This document shows, in pieces, positions 10,874-23,960 of a stretch of 64,000 nt of DNA (position 1 is the first letter of the stretch; every line of letters starts with the position of its first letter). Origin of the DNA: Parasitella parasitica NRRL 2501. Taxonomy: Eukaryota > Fungi > Mucoromycota. Both the position numbers and the translations under genes were made by a program. The notes beneath the pieces were generated by a model. The model saw only the letters and a program-made list of their open reading frames with translations. It was not told the DNA's origin and did not search any database. The stretch covers positions 1 through 64,000 of the forward strand of contig MU619362.1 of assembly GCA_025201805.1 (NCBI GenBank), in the 5' to 3' direction.

Positions 10874-13800
10874 TATTTATTTTTTTTGGTGTATATTGTA
10901 TAATTTTATGATGTAGAAAAAAAGAAAACCCTTTGTTCTCTCATTTATCCATAGATATTTATATTGTTATGCCAATTGATACAAGGTTTAAGTTTGAGTA
11001 TCACAATTATATTGCGTGTTACACTTGGTCTAAGAAAAGAAATATTATATTTATACATACAGTATCCATCGCTATTATAAAATTGATAGATTTATTAAAA
11101 TTCAAAGCTTGTGAGCATATTTAAAAGACAATTCCACGCGGGAAACGAGAGGAACATAGCTACTGCTAACCATAAAACGGTGGTAAAGATACCAATTGAC
11201 GGAATAGTAGTGGGTGAAAACGACCTATTTCAAAAAATGCCTATGAACCGAATAGCGACTTCGAAAACAAAGTTTATAGCTTTGCGAGGTAAAAAGATAC
11301 GAACGGAGAAATAGCAAGGTAAAAAAAAAAAACAATGGTATAGAAAAGTCGCTCCAGTTTGCTGGTTCAATCCGAAATAGCTTTCTTTTTATGGGCTCTC
11401 TAAAGTAGCATTGCAACTGAAAACAAGAGGATTCGCTTTTGCATAAGTGACTAAAAACAAAAATAATCTATGATAAATTCACCTGGCTTGTCAATTATAA
11501 TTTAGTAAAGCTGGTGATGATCTTACAGTAGCGCCTGAAGACCAGTTTTGACAGCTGGCGCTCCCTTTAAGGGTCTGCCCCAATCAAAAAGTCGCAGGTG
11601 TTTATTGTTAATTCCGAGTGTAAAATAGCGGAAAATAGTAAAAAGACATCATAATAAATCATAAATAGCTCATTTTGCAGTCTCTGAACAAGTAAATGAT
11701 AAAGGTCGTGGTGATTGTGATATTATATATCAGGGTTCTCTATATCTAGTTGCACGGTAGAACAGCTAGTCAAGCCTGTGCCATCTTTTCCATAATATTG
11801 GAATGGTCCAAAAGTGTGTATCTTTGTAGATTTTAGGCACCTGTTTTTTTTTTTTTTTTTTTGTTCTGTGCGAACTTCAGTGTGTTAATGTCAGAAAAAA
11901 GACGAAAACAATGTCAAGCGATCTGAAACATAAAAACAAGTAATTTAAAGTAATGTATTAGGCTATAAGACACCTTCTGATTACATGTTTGCATAGCTTA
12001 GAGCAATTTTATGTACTTTTCAGACTTTTTTCGGAAAGATATTTTTCAAAATCGGAGCGTGAGATCGTCAAGCTAGGTACAAATATGCAAGTGCTACCAT
12101 TAGAAAGCCTAGAAGCACACCATTTAAATAAACTAGTTTAGAATTGTTTTTCTCTTAAATTGGGTAAGTTAGAGTTTCTCAAAGCTAATGCTTTCTTAAA
12201 AAAAAAAGCACCGTTTTTCTTTGATAGCGGAGATTTAATGCGTCCAAAATCAGAAAGGAAAAATTCTTTGCAAAACTCGATTTGGACATTCTGAAAACAA
12301 AATTACTTCTTTGAGGCAAGATATCATCCTCTGATACTATGCATACCACGGCGGTCAGTCTATGATAATAGCTGTATTTTTGGAGGCTCTACACGCTGGT
12401 ATCATTTCGTAATTCTCTTATGCTTATGGAAAAAATTATGTCGAGAAAACCTCAAAACAGATCAAGAGGGAAAAGTCAATATTTTCCTTAAGCAGAGCGC
12501 ATTTCCAGTCTTTCAGATCAAGAAATGGCCTTTTACAATCATTTTCCTCTAATATATGCCATAGTAAAAAGTTGCATTTTTGGTGTCAAAATTGAGGATA
12601 ATGCACAATCGGTGATTTTGGATGTGTGGATACAAGGAAAAAATTGAAAAAATCCGTGATTTTGCATCGAAAAAAAAAATCATGTTCAAATTGCACCAAA
12701 ATCATATATAATATAGTTTTTTTCCCAATGGATACTATTTCTGGTGTTTTCAGGGCACTTTTATTAATGAAAATCAATCGAAAAATGGCCCACGAAACTA
12801 AAATTCTTGCTTTTAACCTGTAAAAGATATTTATCTGAAGATGGTATCACGTTAATTTCAATTCTAGTACATGACAAAGCCCTATAAAGTAAGTTATTTT
12901 TGATGCCACAAGTATACTTTTCTTCATATTAATATAATAAAACAGGTGTGGCCCATCGAGTTAAAAGCACAAGAGAATAATTAAGGAATACTATGCTGTA
13001 ACAAATCCTTGTTATTTGTGAATAATTCATAGGTTGCTAATTGCTAGTGACAGAGAGGCCCTATTACCATTGCTGCTTATAATTATGCTTAATGCCAGTT
13101 CAAGAGCTCCTTTTTTAGTAATTCTAGTACTAAACATGTAAAATAAAAAGCAAAATAGAGGTTAGAATTGAGGTTGGAGGTAATTTTACTAGCAAAAATT
13201 AAGCTTCATAATAAACTTCTGGTAGGTTCCAAGTTCCAGGCGATGTACTGTAGAGTATCAAATTCTGAATAGGGGATAACTCACTATACCAAACACATTT
13301 TTGTACACCGTCCGTTTTAACGAGTTCCGACTGTATATTCTTTCCTGGATATTGGATATGCTGACTTGACTCAACAGATGTAATATAAAATGATAATGCA
13401 AAGTTATAAAGAGATTGTCATTTGCTAAATCTGCCATGATTTCTCATAGCGAAAATGCATGATTTGACGGATGCTTGAAAATTAATGCCTTTTAGTATAT
13501 GCAGTTTGATACTTTGATACTTTGATGGTTTTGTGGTTTTGTGGTTTAGTACAAATTCCTATGCAGTTCTATAGACTTGTTTAAATATTTGGGCTTATTT
13601 GGATGTCTCATATCTAATCAATTATATCATTACCAAAGAAATGCATGGCATACTCTGCCTCGACACTCTCAATGGCAAATCCCATCGTATTTGTTTGGCT
13701 GAGGTACTAGTAATGAATTTAAAGGGTGGTTATGACGAATTTTGTTTTTAAAAAAAAAAAGTAGAAAAAATAAGGTAAGGTTACTGATTCAGATTGGGAT

Positions 13801-14084
13801 TTTCACCCTCATCAAAAAGATTTTCTTGCTTTTCAATCAGCTAGATAAAAAAAAAAACATAATTTTCTACGGTTTTACTATCACTATATGCTTGATTTAT
13901 TACCATTCTACTAATTAAAAAGCTAAAAAGCGGGAGAGTAACCTTCAAATAAATCAGGAACCAAATAAATTATATCTTCAATAGCTTCTTGAGATGATGA
14001 ATAAGGTTCAGTGCTAAAGCACTCAAATCACAGCATATATGAACTCTCAGTAACGCTAAACCGATATAAGATGCAGTATCACCT

Positions 14085-17000
14085 TTACACATTGAAACTC
14101 ATTACTAAATCTTGAACACATAGCTTGACGCATTTGCTAGAAACCCAATCAAACCGAACCTGCTTGATAATATCTGTAGGACTCAGCGAATCTATAGTTC
14201 AGTAAGCATCTTGGCTTTGTAAAATTTGCTTATTGTCAACGACTTACTGTCTGGCATGGCAAATGAAAATATCTTGTGTGGTTTTTGAGTTCCTGACGAT
14301 GACTGAGAGCTCTTTGCAGCTATGTTGGAAGCGGTAGTTTGCGTGCTGTGATTGGGAATCAGCCCTTGCGATATACTGCTTGTTAGCATGCCAAATATGC
14401 TCATGTTTGCATACCACACACGGACACTCTGATCAACAAGAGAGCATGTTGCAATCAGCTTGGCATCGGGTGAAAATGCCAAGACGGATACAGGTCCAAC
14501 ATGGCCCTCCAGCACAACAGACCGAGTTGCTGTACGCAGATCATACACCACCGACGCTCCTTCCAAAGTACCCACTGCTAGCTTTTGTGCGCTGCTGCTA
14601 AAGTCAACCGAGGGATATCTGATCACAGGCTTGAGTATACAATATCAGCAATGCGTTCCATGAATACTTACGTTTTCACTAGATTGTGCAGAATCGACGT
14701 AGCAGACGGCAGCATAGTTTCTCTCATATGAGGAATATTTGGATCAAGGGTCTTGACAACAGCCTCAACTACACTGTGCACATGCGAAAACAATAATATA
14801 GGCTCCTTCCGTATAAACGACCCGATGATCTTGAGGCACTTTAAGCGATCGTCCAAGGCCTTTGCGTTCATAGTGTCAAACGTCAGTGTACTTATGACAA
14901 GCGGCATGTTAGCCACTGATATCTGGAATATTGCTGTCTTTGCTCCTCGACTCACCAAAGCCATGACTGGCTGCGAGTCTGCGGCGTACATAAACAGCGT
15001 CCTCAGCACTTCAGCAGCATTGATGTAGGTCTCCCATGTTTGAAATCCTTGGCTCAGCAATTCCATTGACGACAACGTCCTTGCCATGGAACCAGTGGAT
15101 AGAGTCTGCTCGCCCTCTGCATTTACATGGTGCCGCGAATCATCTAACTCGGCATCGGACAGCAAGATGGTTAGACTAAGAGCGGTTGATTTACGAATAC
15201 GGGGAGATAGTGTTTGAGGTTGATCGCATCCCATAATGCCAAGCACAATTGATGCGCGCGCCATCATTTGAGGGCCGCTGTTCTCTGGCGAACTGGAGGT
15301 AGGTACTACAGACAAAAAAAAACGTAAATTTTTAGAGATTTCGAAAAATGCAGTAGTATGAGTAACCTACAGAATGCTTCCCAGTAATCCACAAGGGCAG
15401 TGATTTCATCGTTGGAAAGTCCGTTAACCGCACTAGAAAACAGCGATCTCGCTGTGTACTTGATAAGTCGACTACCTTTTGTATACAGACACGAGGCTTA
15501 CCAGAAGGGTCTTGCCAATACTTGCTTAGCAAGGACAATGAAGGGAAACAGTAGTCTTTACCAATGACTAGCGGTAATGCCATAGCATATCCTGATATCA
15601 GATCTGAGCCCTTGCTCTCCTGTCCTGCAACGAATATAATTGCTTTTGCTAATAATGCTATAGAGAGCAATCTATTTGCAGTCATTGACGGAGATATTGT
15701 CCAGGCATACTGTTCATTCTTGAGTGGAGCAAGAATAGATAGATTGCCATTTGCACTGTCAAAAATTGGCATTGTTCAACAGGATTGAATATATCGGGTG
15801 GGAAAAAAAAAATTACAAAACTTACCCTTTCAATCCAAAGCTGATGTTGGGGTTTGTTTGCCTGGACAAATCCAACGATTTGCAGCAAATTTGCTCAAAT
15901 GCCTCGCTGATGTTCCATGAGGCAATTATGGAGACAACAGCTGTGATTAATTCTATGCGTTTTTGTCGCTGATCTTGGTTCTTCTTCTTTGCTATTTTGC
16001 TTGTATCTGCCCCTTCGTCCTCCATGTTTTGGTCTCCCGATACATCGAGTGGGTCGTCTTTGTCAGGCCTAAAGGTGAGAATATCAGGGACCACGGCATC
16101 AAATGAAGACGACGACATGGAAGCCTTTAATATAGGGTGTATAGAAGGATCAATAGCTGATTGCGAGTCGTCTTGTTCCAGGATGGATGCCCTTGTGTAT
16201 AAATCATGGACCAGACGACGGATATTGAATGTAAACACTTGGGCAAAGCTGGTTTTGGTGTGTAGAGCTAGAGAGAGAATCAGTCAAGTTGGATGAGCAT
16301 TGAAACCACAAGCTGTTACCATTATCGTTTGCCGTGATGGATCTTATTGTCGCCGTCTGTTTGGAGCTGCTGCTGTTTGGCTTCTGACTTGAAAATGCGG
16401 CGATATCATTGCTTGGCCAGCGGTCATCCTCCAACACATCGCGAGCGTTTTTCCCATGCAACACCCGATCCAAATGAGCAGTTTGCATCTGACAATGGTC
16501 GTTTTTTTTTAATAATTTGACACTGATATACCGCCGGTAGCTCACTTACCTGCCAAACATACACACTACCGTCGTTGTATCCGAGTACGAGGTAATCTTC
16601 TGTGGTTCTCCATTGAATTGTCGTCAGTGGATATGGGTTACCTGGGAAAATGAATAGACTGCGTTCCTTGGTTTAGTCGCAGGGTCAGATCAATGCCATT
16701 GAATTTGATGCTTACCAGGCCATTGAATCAACAGAAATCAAGGCTATCGAATTGTCTTTAGCAATTGACACTATGCACCCTCTGACACGGGTGTCTTTGT
16801 GCTCTGCAGGCTCAATAAAAGCTTCCACTGGCATTGAGTGCACAGCGCAAGATGCCACATAGCTCCCATCACTACAGCAGATGTATTTAGTGGCACGCAT
16901 AATGCATCCGATCAACACGCTTACATCAGGTTCCATATCTTGACTGCACCGTCCTGACCTCCAGATAAAAGATACTGCTGTCCTGATACTTGATGCTCGG

Positions 17001-18851
17001 GAACAATCATGCAAGTAACAACACTATGATGGGCATGCTCAAAAATCCTAACGTCATCCCGTTTTCCTAAATGCTTTGATAGATCTGTCAAGTGCAGCAA
17101 TGCTAACGATAACGGAACCACACAGATTGTTCCAGAGTCTAGAGTATAGTCGGTTAATTACTGATCGAGTCGTCGAAAGCTGCGATCCTTACCATAGCCT
17201 ATCGCTAAATGATTCGAATTCACAGGTGCTGTAGCCGTAATATTTCCAAATTTTGGGTCCCCTTTATCAGCGAGAGGCCAGATATCTGCAAATAGAGAGT
17301 CTGTTGGTGGCGGGAGGGGGGGGGGTGAGTACCTCGTGTTGATCACTTTTCACAGTGAATTACCTGTACTGTAAGTTACAGAATCTTGCTCTTGCTTTTC
17401 AGATGAGAGGGCCACAATTGAAAACCCTGACGACTCGGGATGGTTGGATATAGTGATGGCCGAGAGTTGGTCGATTTCTTCTCCTGGTCTGCAAAATACG
17501 GCAGAGATGACACTTCCGCCATGTTTCGGCCTGTCATTGTTGAGAATGTATGTGCGAAACAGAATGGCACTGTAGCATAGTTTTTCGTCATTGTTTGAAA
17601 TCGATTCTGATGTGCAAGCTTCAGGTGGATGCAGGCGGTAGTCAAAAACGTGTCCATTCTTTACGTTGCACGTCAGCTGTCTATTCATGCAAAGGATCTT
17701 GCTAGACTTACCACAGTCCATATTACAAATCTATCTTTTCCAAAAAATGAACCACCAGCCCAGCTTGTCAAATGCTCAGCTGGTATAATAAATTGACACA
17801 CGAATACGGTATTTTGCATCAGTAGGATCTAATTTATGGGCAAGTAAAATCAGCCAGACGAGTATCTGTGTCAATTTTCCTCTTACCATGACGTTTTTGC
17901 TGGTTAGCGCCATGCACATGCCGGGTATGAGAGGATTTCCAATCAAGTTAAATGCAGAGTCAAAAGAGGTCGTGTTGCTTAATATTGAAGGTCTGTTGGG
18001 AGCAGTTTGATCCTTGTAGATGATATGCTTTGTAGTATCGAAATCCCAGATATTGAGCTTCCCGTCGATCGTCACCGTTAGCAATCTCGAGCGCTTTGCA
18101 TCTACAAATGTATGCTATTGAGTAAACACAGCATGCAAGGTGGGCGGCATGTGTATGTTTGTGCGGATTTACCTGGATCATAAAAATCCATGCAGGTTAC
18201 CCAGTTGGAGTGACCGCCCCAAACTCTGACAACCTAGCGAACAAACAGTTGGCAAGATGTGCGAGCCAGTTGATACACTGCATTTACCTCCAACGTTGTC
18301 GCATTTAAGATGGTAATCTCATTTGCCTGTCCACAGCAGAAAATATGTTTATCAGAAAACTGGGTGAATACTTTTAAAAGTCGCGGGATGCCATAAAATC
18401 CAGTTGGGTTCACTGCTTGACAGCGACCGTCTGAAGCGTTCCAACGCGCTATTTCACTACATGACAGCGTGTCAGTATCAGAAAGAATAATCCAGGTAGA
18501 GCTGCTGCTACTCATTTACCCATCCTCGGACGCACTTATCAGGACATCTTCCGTTTTCAACAAAGCGCCTGTTTCTGTTTTAACCAGACACAAGGCAACA
18601 ATAGCGCTTTTATGGCCAGCAAGCAAAAATTTATGCTGTTGCAATATGATTAGTACAAGGATAAGCTTGTTTTCCGTAAAAATGTGTACTACCTGGATTG
18701 TGGGTGGATCTTGCTCAGAGAGCGTATACACCCAGATATGGCCATCCTTTTGTCCAGCATAGACATTAGGATAGCTTGTTGTTATGCAGGTGGCGCTGGG
18801 GTTGGCAAAGCTATGCCAGACAACTAACGGCAGCGATACTGAAGAGGCCAT
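14085..18851 (-). CDS. WDR7: WD40 protein, WDR7/rabconnectin-3 beta-like; multi-exon
   Basis: N-terminal LVVW..GQKDGHIWVY, GHKSAIVAL, WNASDGRC; C-terminal EAVVKTLDPN, YDLRTATRSVVLEGH, FSPDAKLIATCS. Confidence 0.85.
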
Positions 18852-19614
18852 CAAGCATATAATTTCCAAGACAAGAGAAAAAAAAAAAAGAGAAAGAAAG
18901 GGAGCGTTTACTGATACATCTGCTTTTTAGCGTTTGAGGGACGAGATTGGATCTGCTGTTGAAACTCTGCAGAGAGCATGAATTGTTTTTTTACCATCAT
19001 ACGCATATGATACACGATAGTATTCTTTACTTTTATCGCTGGGAACGACAACCCATTCAACCTCATAAGCTCCTCAAACTACGCAAATTACGCAAATTAC
19101 GCAAACTCTTGCAACAAATTACAAGAGGTTTATTAGGTATTCTTCAAAGAGGGTCTGGTTTGGAGATGATGAAATAAGGACACTAGGACTAGCGTAAAGA
19201 TGAACACATAAGCGTCAATAAAAAGCAATGTTTGGTATTTTTGTAGGATATTAAGCGAAAAGGTAGGTCTATCAAGCTCCACGATAGTCCACTCCAACGT
19301 CTGCTCTTTTCTTAATGTTTGTCACATTACTGTGATGCATCTGGATGTCTGTTGCCTGCACGAAAGATGGCATTCTCTTATCAATGTCGATCGCTTACTA
19401 GTTTCACTTTAGATCGTAGCTTTTTCAAGATCAGAAAGTTTGTAATGTTGCTTTATTGTGCCTCTACGCTTCCTCGTAATGTGGTGCAACATGCTAGACT
19501 ACTTTACTTTCCATCTTTAGCTTTTTGAAAATTTTGTTAGCTCCAACAATGATCTTGATTGGCCGAAACATGTTTTTTAAACGCAAACCACTGTATCTTT
19601 TTTTTTTTTTTTTT

Positions 19615-19684
19615 NNNNNNNNNNNNNNNNNNNNNNNNNNNNNNNNNNNNNNNNNNNNNNNNNNNNNNNNNNNNNNNNNNNNNN
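19615..19684. other. Assembly gap (others at 20889-20898 and 31591-31600)
   Basis: N runs next to poly-T tracts. Confidence 1.
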
Positions 19685-19743
19685 AGGCCATCAAATTACA
19701 TTACCAGAGGAAAATAAAGCTCGAATTCAAAAGAAAAAGCCAA

Positions 19744-21290
19744 ATGACAGGTAACCAAAAAAAAACACACAAAATGCCAAAACAAACAGACAAAATGAAT
19801 GCTAAAGCCTTTGGTCATCAATAGCTCATCATGACAAGACAATAAAGGTAGTTGCAAAGGATGCCAGAACCGGAAAACAAATCAAATTGGAGTATGTGAA
19901 TAAAAAGATTACCGGAAATGGGTCTTTTGGTGTTGTATATCAAACGCGACTTGTTGAAACCAACGAAGACGCTGCCATCAAGAAAGTACTGCAAGACAGA
20001 AGATTCAAAGTAAATATCTTTTTATACTCAACTTTGATGGCGAAAGTGAGGTATTGAACTTTTTTTCATTAGAATCGTGAACTTCAAATTATGCGTCTTG
20101 TTGACCACCCCAACGTTTGTCAGTTGAAATCTTATTTTTACAATCAAGTTGAAAACAAGGAAGATGAAGTTTATTTGAATCTTGTCATGGAGTACATCCC
20201 AGACACTTTATATCGAGCCACTAGACATTACTCCAAAGCAAAACAGCAGATGCCCATGATCCTTGTTCAGCTGTACATGTACCAAGTTATCCGATCTTTG
20301 GCTTATATTCATTCTCTTGGTATTTGTCATCGTGATATCAAGCCTCAGAACGTTTTGCTCGATCCGGCAAGTGGTATTTGTAAAATGTGTGATTTTGGAA
20401 GGTAAATGAAGGCAGGATTTCGATGGGAACTTGGAAGAGGGTCAGGATTAGGATCAGGATCAGGATTAGGATTGGGATTGGGATTAGGGTTAAGGTTGTG
20501 TTGTGTTGTGTTGTGTCTGTGCTCCTAAAACGTTTTTCACATTACATGTAGCGCCAAAATCTTAGTTCCTGGTGAACCTAATGTATCGTATATCTGTTCT
20601 CGTTATTATCGTGCCCCAGAATTGATCTTTGGAGCAACAAATTACACAATCAGTATTGACGTTTGGTCCACAGGTTGTGTCATGGCAGAATTAATCTTGG
20701 GACAACCTTTCTTTCCCGGTGAGAGCGGGATCGATCAATTGGTTGAGATCATCAAAATCTTGGGTACTCCTACAAAGGATCAAATTGCTGCAATGAATGC
20801 CAGCTACGTTGAGCACAGATTCCCTTTGATCAAACCTCATCCTCTTTCTAGTGTAAGTGATACTTTTTTTTTTTTTTTTTTTTTTTTTNNNNNNNNNNTT
20901 TTTTTTTTTTTGCGTCTAGATTTTCACCACTGCCAATGTGGAAGCTGTTGATTTATTGTCTCGTATGCTGCAATACCATCCTCAACAAAGAATTACAGCT
21001 ATTGAAGCTTTGTGCCATCCATTCTTTGATCCTATTCGTGACCCTAATACAAGATTACCCAATGGACAGCCATTACCACCAGTTCTAAACTTTACAAAAG
21101 AAGGTAAAGACGCACATGTACAAGGTGTCACGATACTAACGATTTATTAGAATTGTCTATCCGACCCGACTTGATCAGAAAATTAGTGCCTCCACATATG
21201 GAACAAGAGCTTCTTTCGAAAGGGATTGACGTCCATCATTTTGATCCTATTCCAGCTGACCAAATGAAGATCTCTCCTTCAGCTATTTAG
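19744..21290 (+). CDS. GSK3: GSK-3 family Ser/Thr kinase; multi-exon
   Basis: [63 protein letters not shown]. Confidence 0.96.
20439..20515 (+). repeat. Degenerate G-rich hexamer array followed by (TTGTG)n, in a GSK3 intron
   Basis: gggtca ggatta ggatca ggatca ggatta ggattg ggattg ggatta gggtta, then ttgtg x4. Confidence 0.85.
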
Positions 21291-22037
21291 AGCGACTTGC
21301 GTTTATATATACAAATTCTCCCCTTCTTCCGTCTATATACATATCTCTTTTTTTTTTTTTCATTTTCCTACATGCTTAATTTAATAAAAATTATGTTGGA
21401 AAAAAAACAAGCCTCGCTTGCATATCTGTCAGTTCATTGGGCTGTCTAACCCCTGTCAAATGTAGTAGTAACGTATGTGCATCTTTGGATATTCAAATCT
21501 AAACCTTTCGTACCACCTCACTAAAATAAGCGCTATGACGCATTTCAATACGGTCTAAGCTGTGTGAAGAAATGTTAAAACTTCAATTTCAATGATTGGT
21601 GCAATGTTAAAAAGAAAAGATGTGTTAATTTTCAAGAATTTTCGCATGGGCGAATGTGGCGCTGCAGCCAACAGCATCCACTGACTACATGGCAAAAGAT
21701 ACCCTTAAACTTTAGCCTCTTGACTAGATGAAAAAAGACTCACTACTGAATAGGTCAAACATTTAATTGAGGGATCATTGCGGATAATTGAAACTTTTTG
21801 ATATGTATTGTGTGATATCGGATCGAAAGCAATTACACACAAATGCAATAAAAATGATTGCTACCTTGATTTTTAACCGGATGATTACGGATATTAGAAA
21901 ATCATGCCAAAATTAACCAAGGAACAACATATCAAAGAACCCTCGGCGGATAAAGCTGAATCCGTGTATGAATAAAATCGTGAAATCTTGGGAATCTATT
22001 TCTCACGTTCATCTCAATCACAAATATATACAACCAA

Positions 22038-22697
22038 ATGCCAAACTCACAAATCATTGACGAGTGTATTCATCCTGATGACCATCACAAAGACTTGAAG
22101 CGTATTGTTGCAATTAGTATTGATGAAGGATCTGCTGAATACGTCTTTGATTGGGCTATCAACAATTTTATCAATCCTGCCTCTGATTTAGTGGGTTCAA
22201 AAACTTATTTCTACTGTAAATTAATGCTAAGTGTATCAAATGAGTAGGTCGTCTTCTTGAACTGTCGTCAGGTGGATGCTCCAATTGCACCTTACATTAA
22301 TCCCACAAACTTTATTGAAGAATTCGATGACAAGAAAAAACTAAAGAGCCATCATTTACTAAAGACCTATGCTGATAAATTGAAACCATTCAATGTAGAT
22401 ATAAATCATTATGCTATAGAGAAGTTAATTAATGTATATCCATAGATTGCTATCAGAGCCATTGCGTTGCTTGGTGACCCAAAAGTGGAAATTATTCGAA
22501 AAGTAACAGAACTGAAAGCCGATGTTTTGCTTATTGGATCTCGTCAACTGGGCTCAGTGAAAAGAGCTCTTTTGGGAAGCGTTAGCGATTATTGTGGTCA
22601 TAATAGCCCTTGTACCGTGATCATTGTCAAAGCTCATCCTGAGCATCCAGAAGGAAAGCACGAGTATAAGAGCATCTTTCACAGAAAATCAGCTTGA
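22038..22697 (+). CDS. Universal stress protein (UspA family); 3 exons
   Basis: IVAISIDE..AEYVFDWA, GDPKVEI, DVLLIGSRQLG..KRALLGSVSDYCGHNSPCTVIIVK. Confidence 0.93.
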
Positions 22698-22777
22698 TAT
22701 AACCTCATTTATTCAAAAAATCAAAATTTCCTAAATAAAATCTATTTCTCCCAGCAGTTTTCTAACGATTTTTAAAA

Positions 22778-23010
22778 TCACTTTTCTTTACAAGCAACAC
22801 ATTCGCTCTCGTCATTAGATTTTTGTCTACATACACATGTGTCAGAATGAAATTGCTTTACTTTTTGAAGAAAACCCACTTCTTTTCACGACAAGCCTTT
22901 TGAAACTCGTCCCATTCTTTAAGGCATTTTGATCTGTCATTGTTATTCTTATCAAGACATGCCTTCAAAGGATTATAATCGCAAGATTCAACTTTCTTTC
23001 CAGCTTCCAT
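22778..23010 (-). CDS. Small Cys-pair (CHCH-like) protein; 2 exons
   Basis: MEAGKKVESCDYNPLKACLDKNNNDRSKCLKEWDEFQKAC; after an intron the frame continues KSNDESECVACKEK to a stop. Confidence 0.65.
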
Positions 23011-23960
23011 TGAGAATAATGCGGTATTAGATGAGAGGGTAATCCCTGGAAATATCTTTCTGTTCAAGCTGCCTTGGTCCGTTACCTCGGTGACTGTGCT
23101 CAGATCACCCACCTATACAGTATTATGTGCTTATCAAGGTAAAAAAAAAACTACTGATTAGATCAGCGTATTAATTAGGCTGTTATAAATATTTCATGAA
23201 TATTTTGTTTAGAATCCTAAGATTAAACAGACACTTCGTTTTAAGTAAAGTGTTCAACAGATACATAATCTGGATAATTCAAAAAAGAATGCTGTTAGTA
23301 AATAAGACTTTATGAAATGGAAAATGAATGAGATTGCAGTAAATATGAAAATAAAAATATATTTATAAATAAAAAATAAGCGTTGTAAAAATTACAATTA
23401 TAATCAAGTTTGGGGTTCTTTATTATAAAGTATACTGATGTTTTATTTAGAGAAAAATATCGTGGTATTTATAAGATTTGGATTGTCCAGTTCTCATGAA
23501 TGGAGCATTGAATCCGAGAGTCAATGCAAATCATGCTAAAATGCTTTTACCATTGATAGAGATTGGCGTAACATTTGTTGGCCGTATATACACGCATTTT
23601 GTTTAAAGTGTCTGACAATCTGACAACCACCTTGAGCCGTTGCCATTGGTTGATTCATTCATGCAGGAACATTTGGTGTGATATAATGTCGCTAGGAGTA
23701 GAGATGATTGCGCGGGATATCCACGGAACATGTATCTGTTGCTCAGACGTCTAATTTAAAATATAGGATGTTATGTTTGTTGTATACATATCCCACGAGC
23801 CGTGTCTAAAGCACATCATTGCTTAATTGGGCCACTAGAGACCACAGTAATTGATTGCTGGGTTGAACACCTTTTTTTTTTTTTTCCCCCGCAAAACCCT
23901 CTTTTCTTCGTTGCAAGCATTGTCTTTCTTTCCTTTCCTTTTTCGCATTAGAAATCTGTC

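Noticed and set aside
11000-14000. 3-kb gene-free stretch as a possible element or ncRNA
   Set aside because: No TIRs, convincing ORFs or RNA signature found.
20439-20492. True interstitial telomere
   Set aside because: Only about one exact TTAGGG unit; the rest are GGAT variants.
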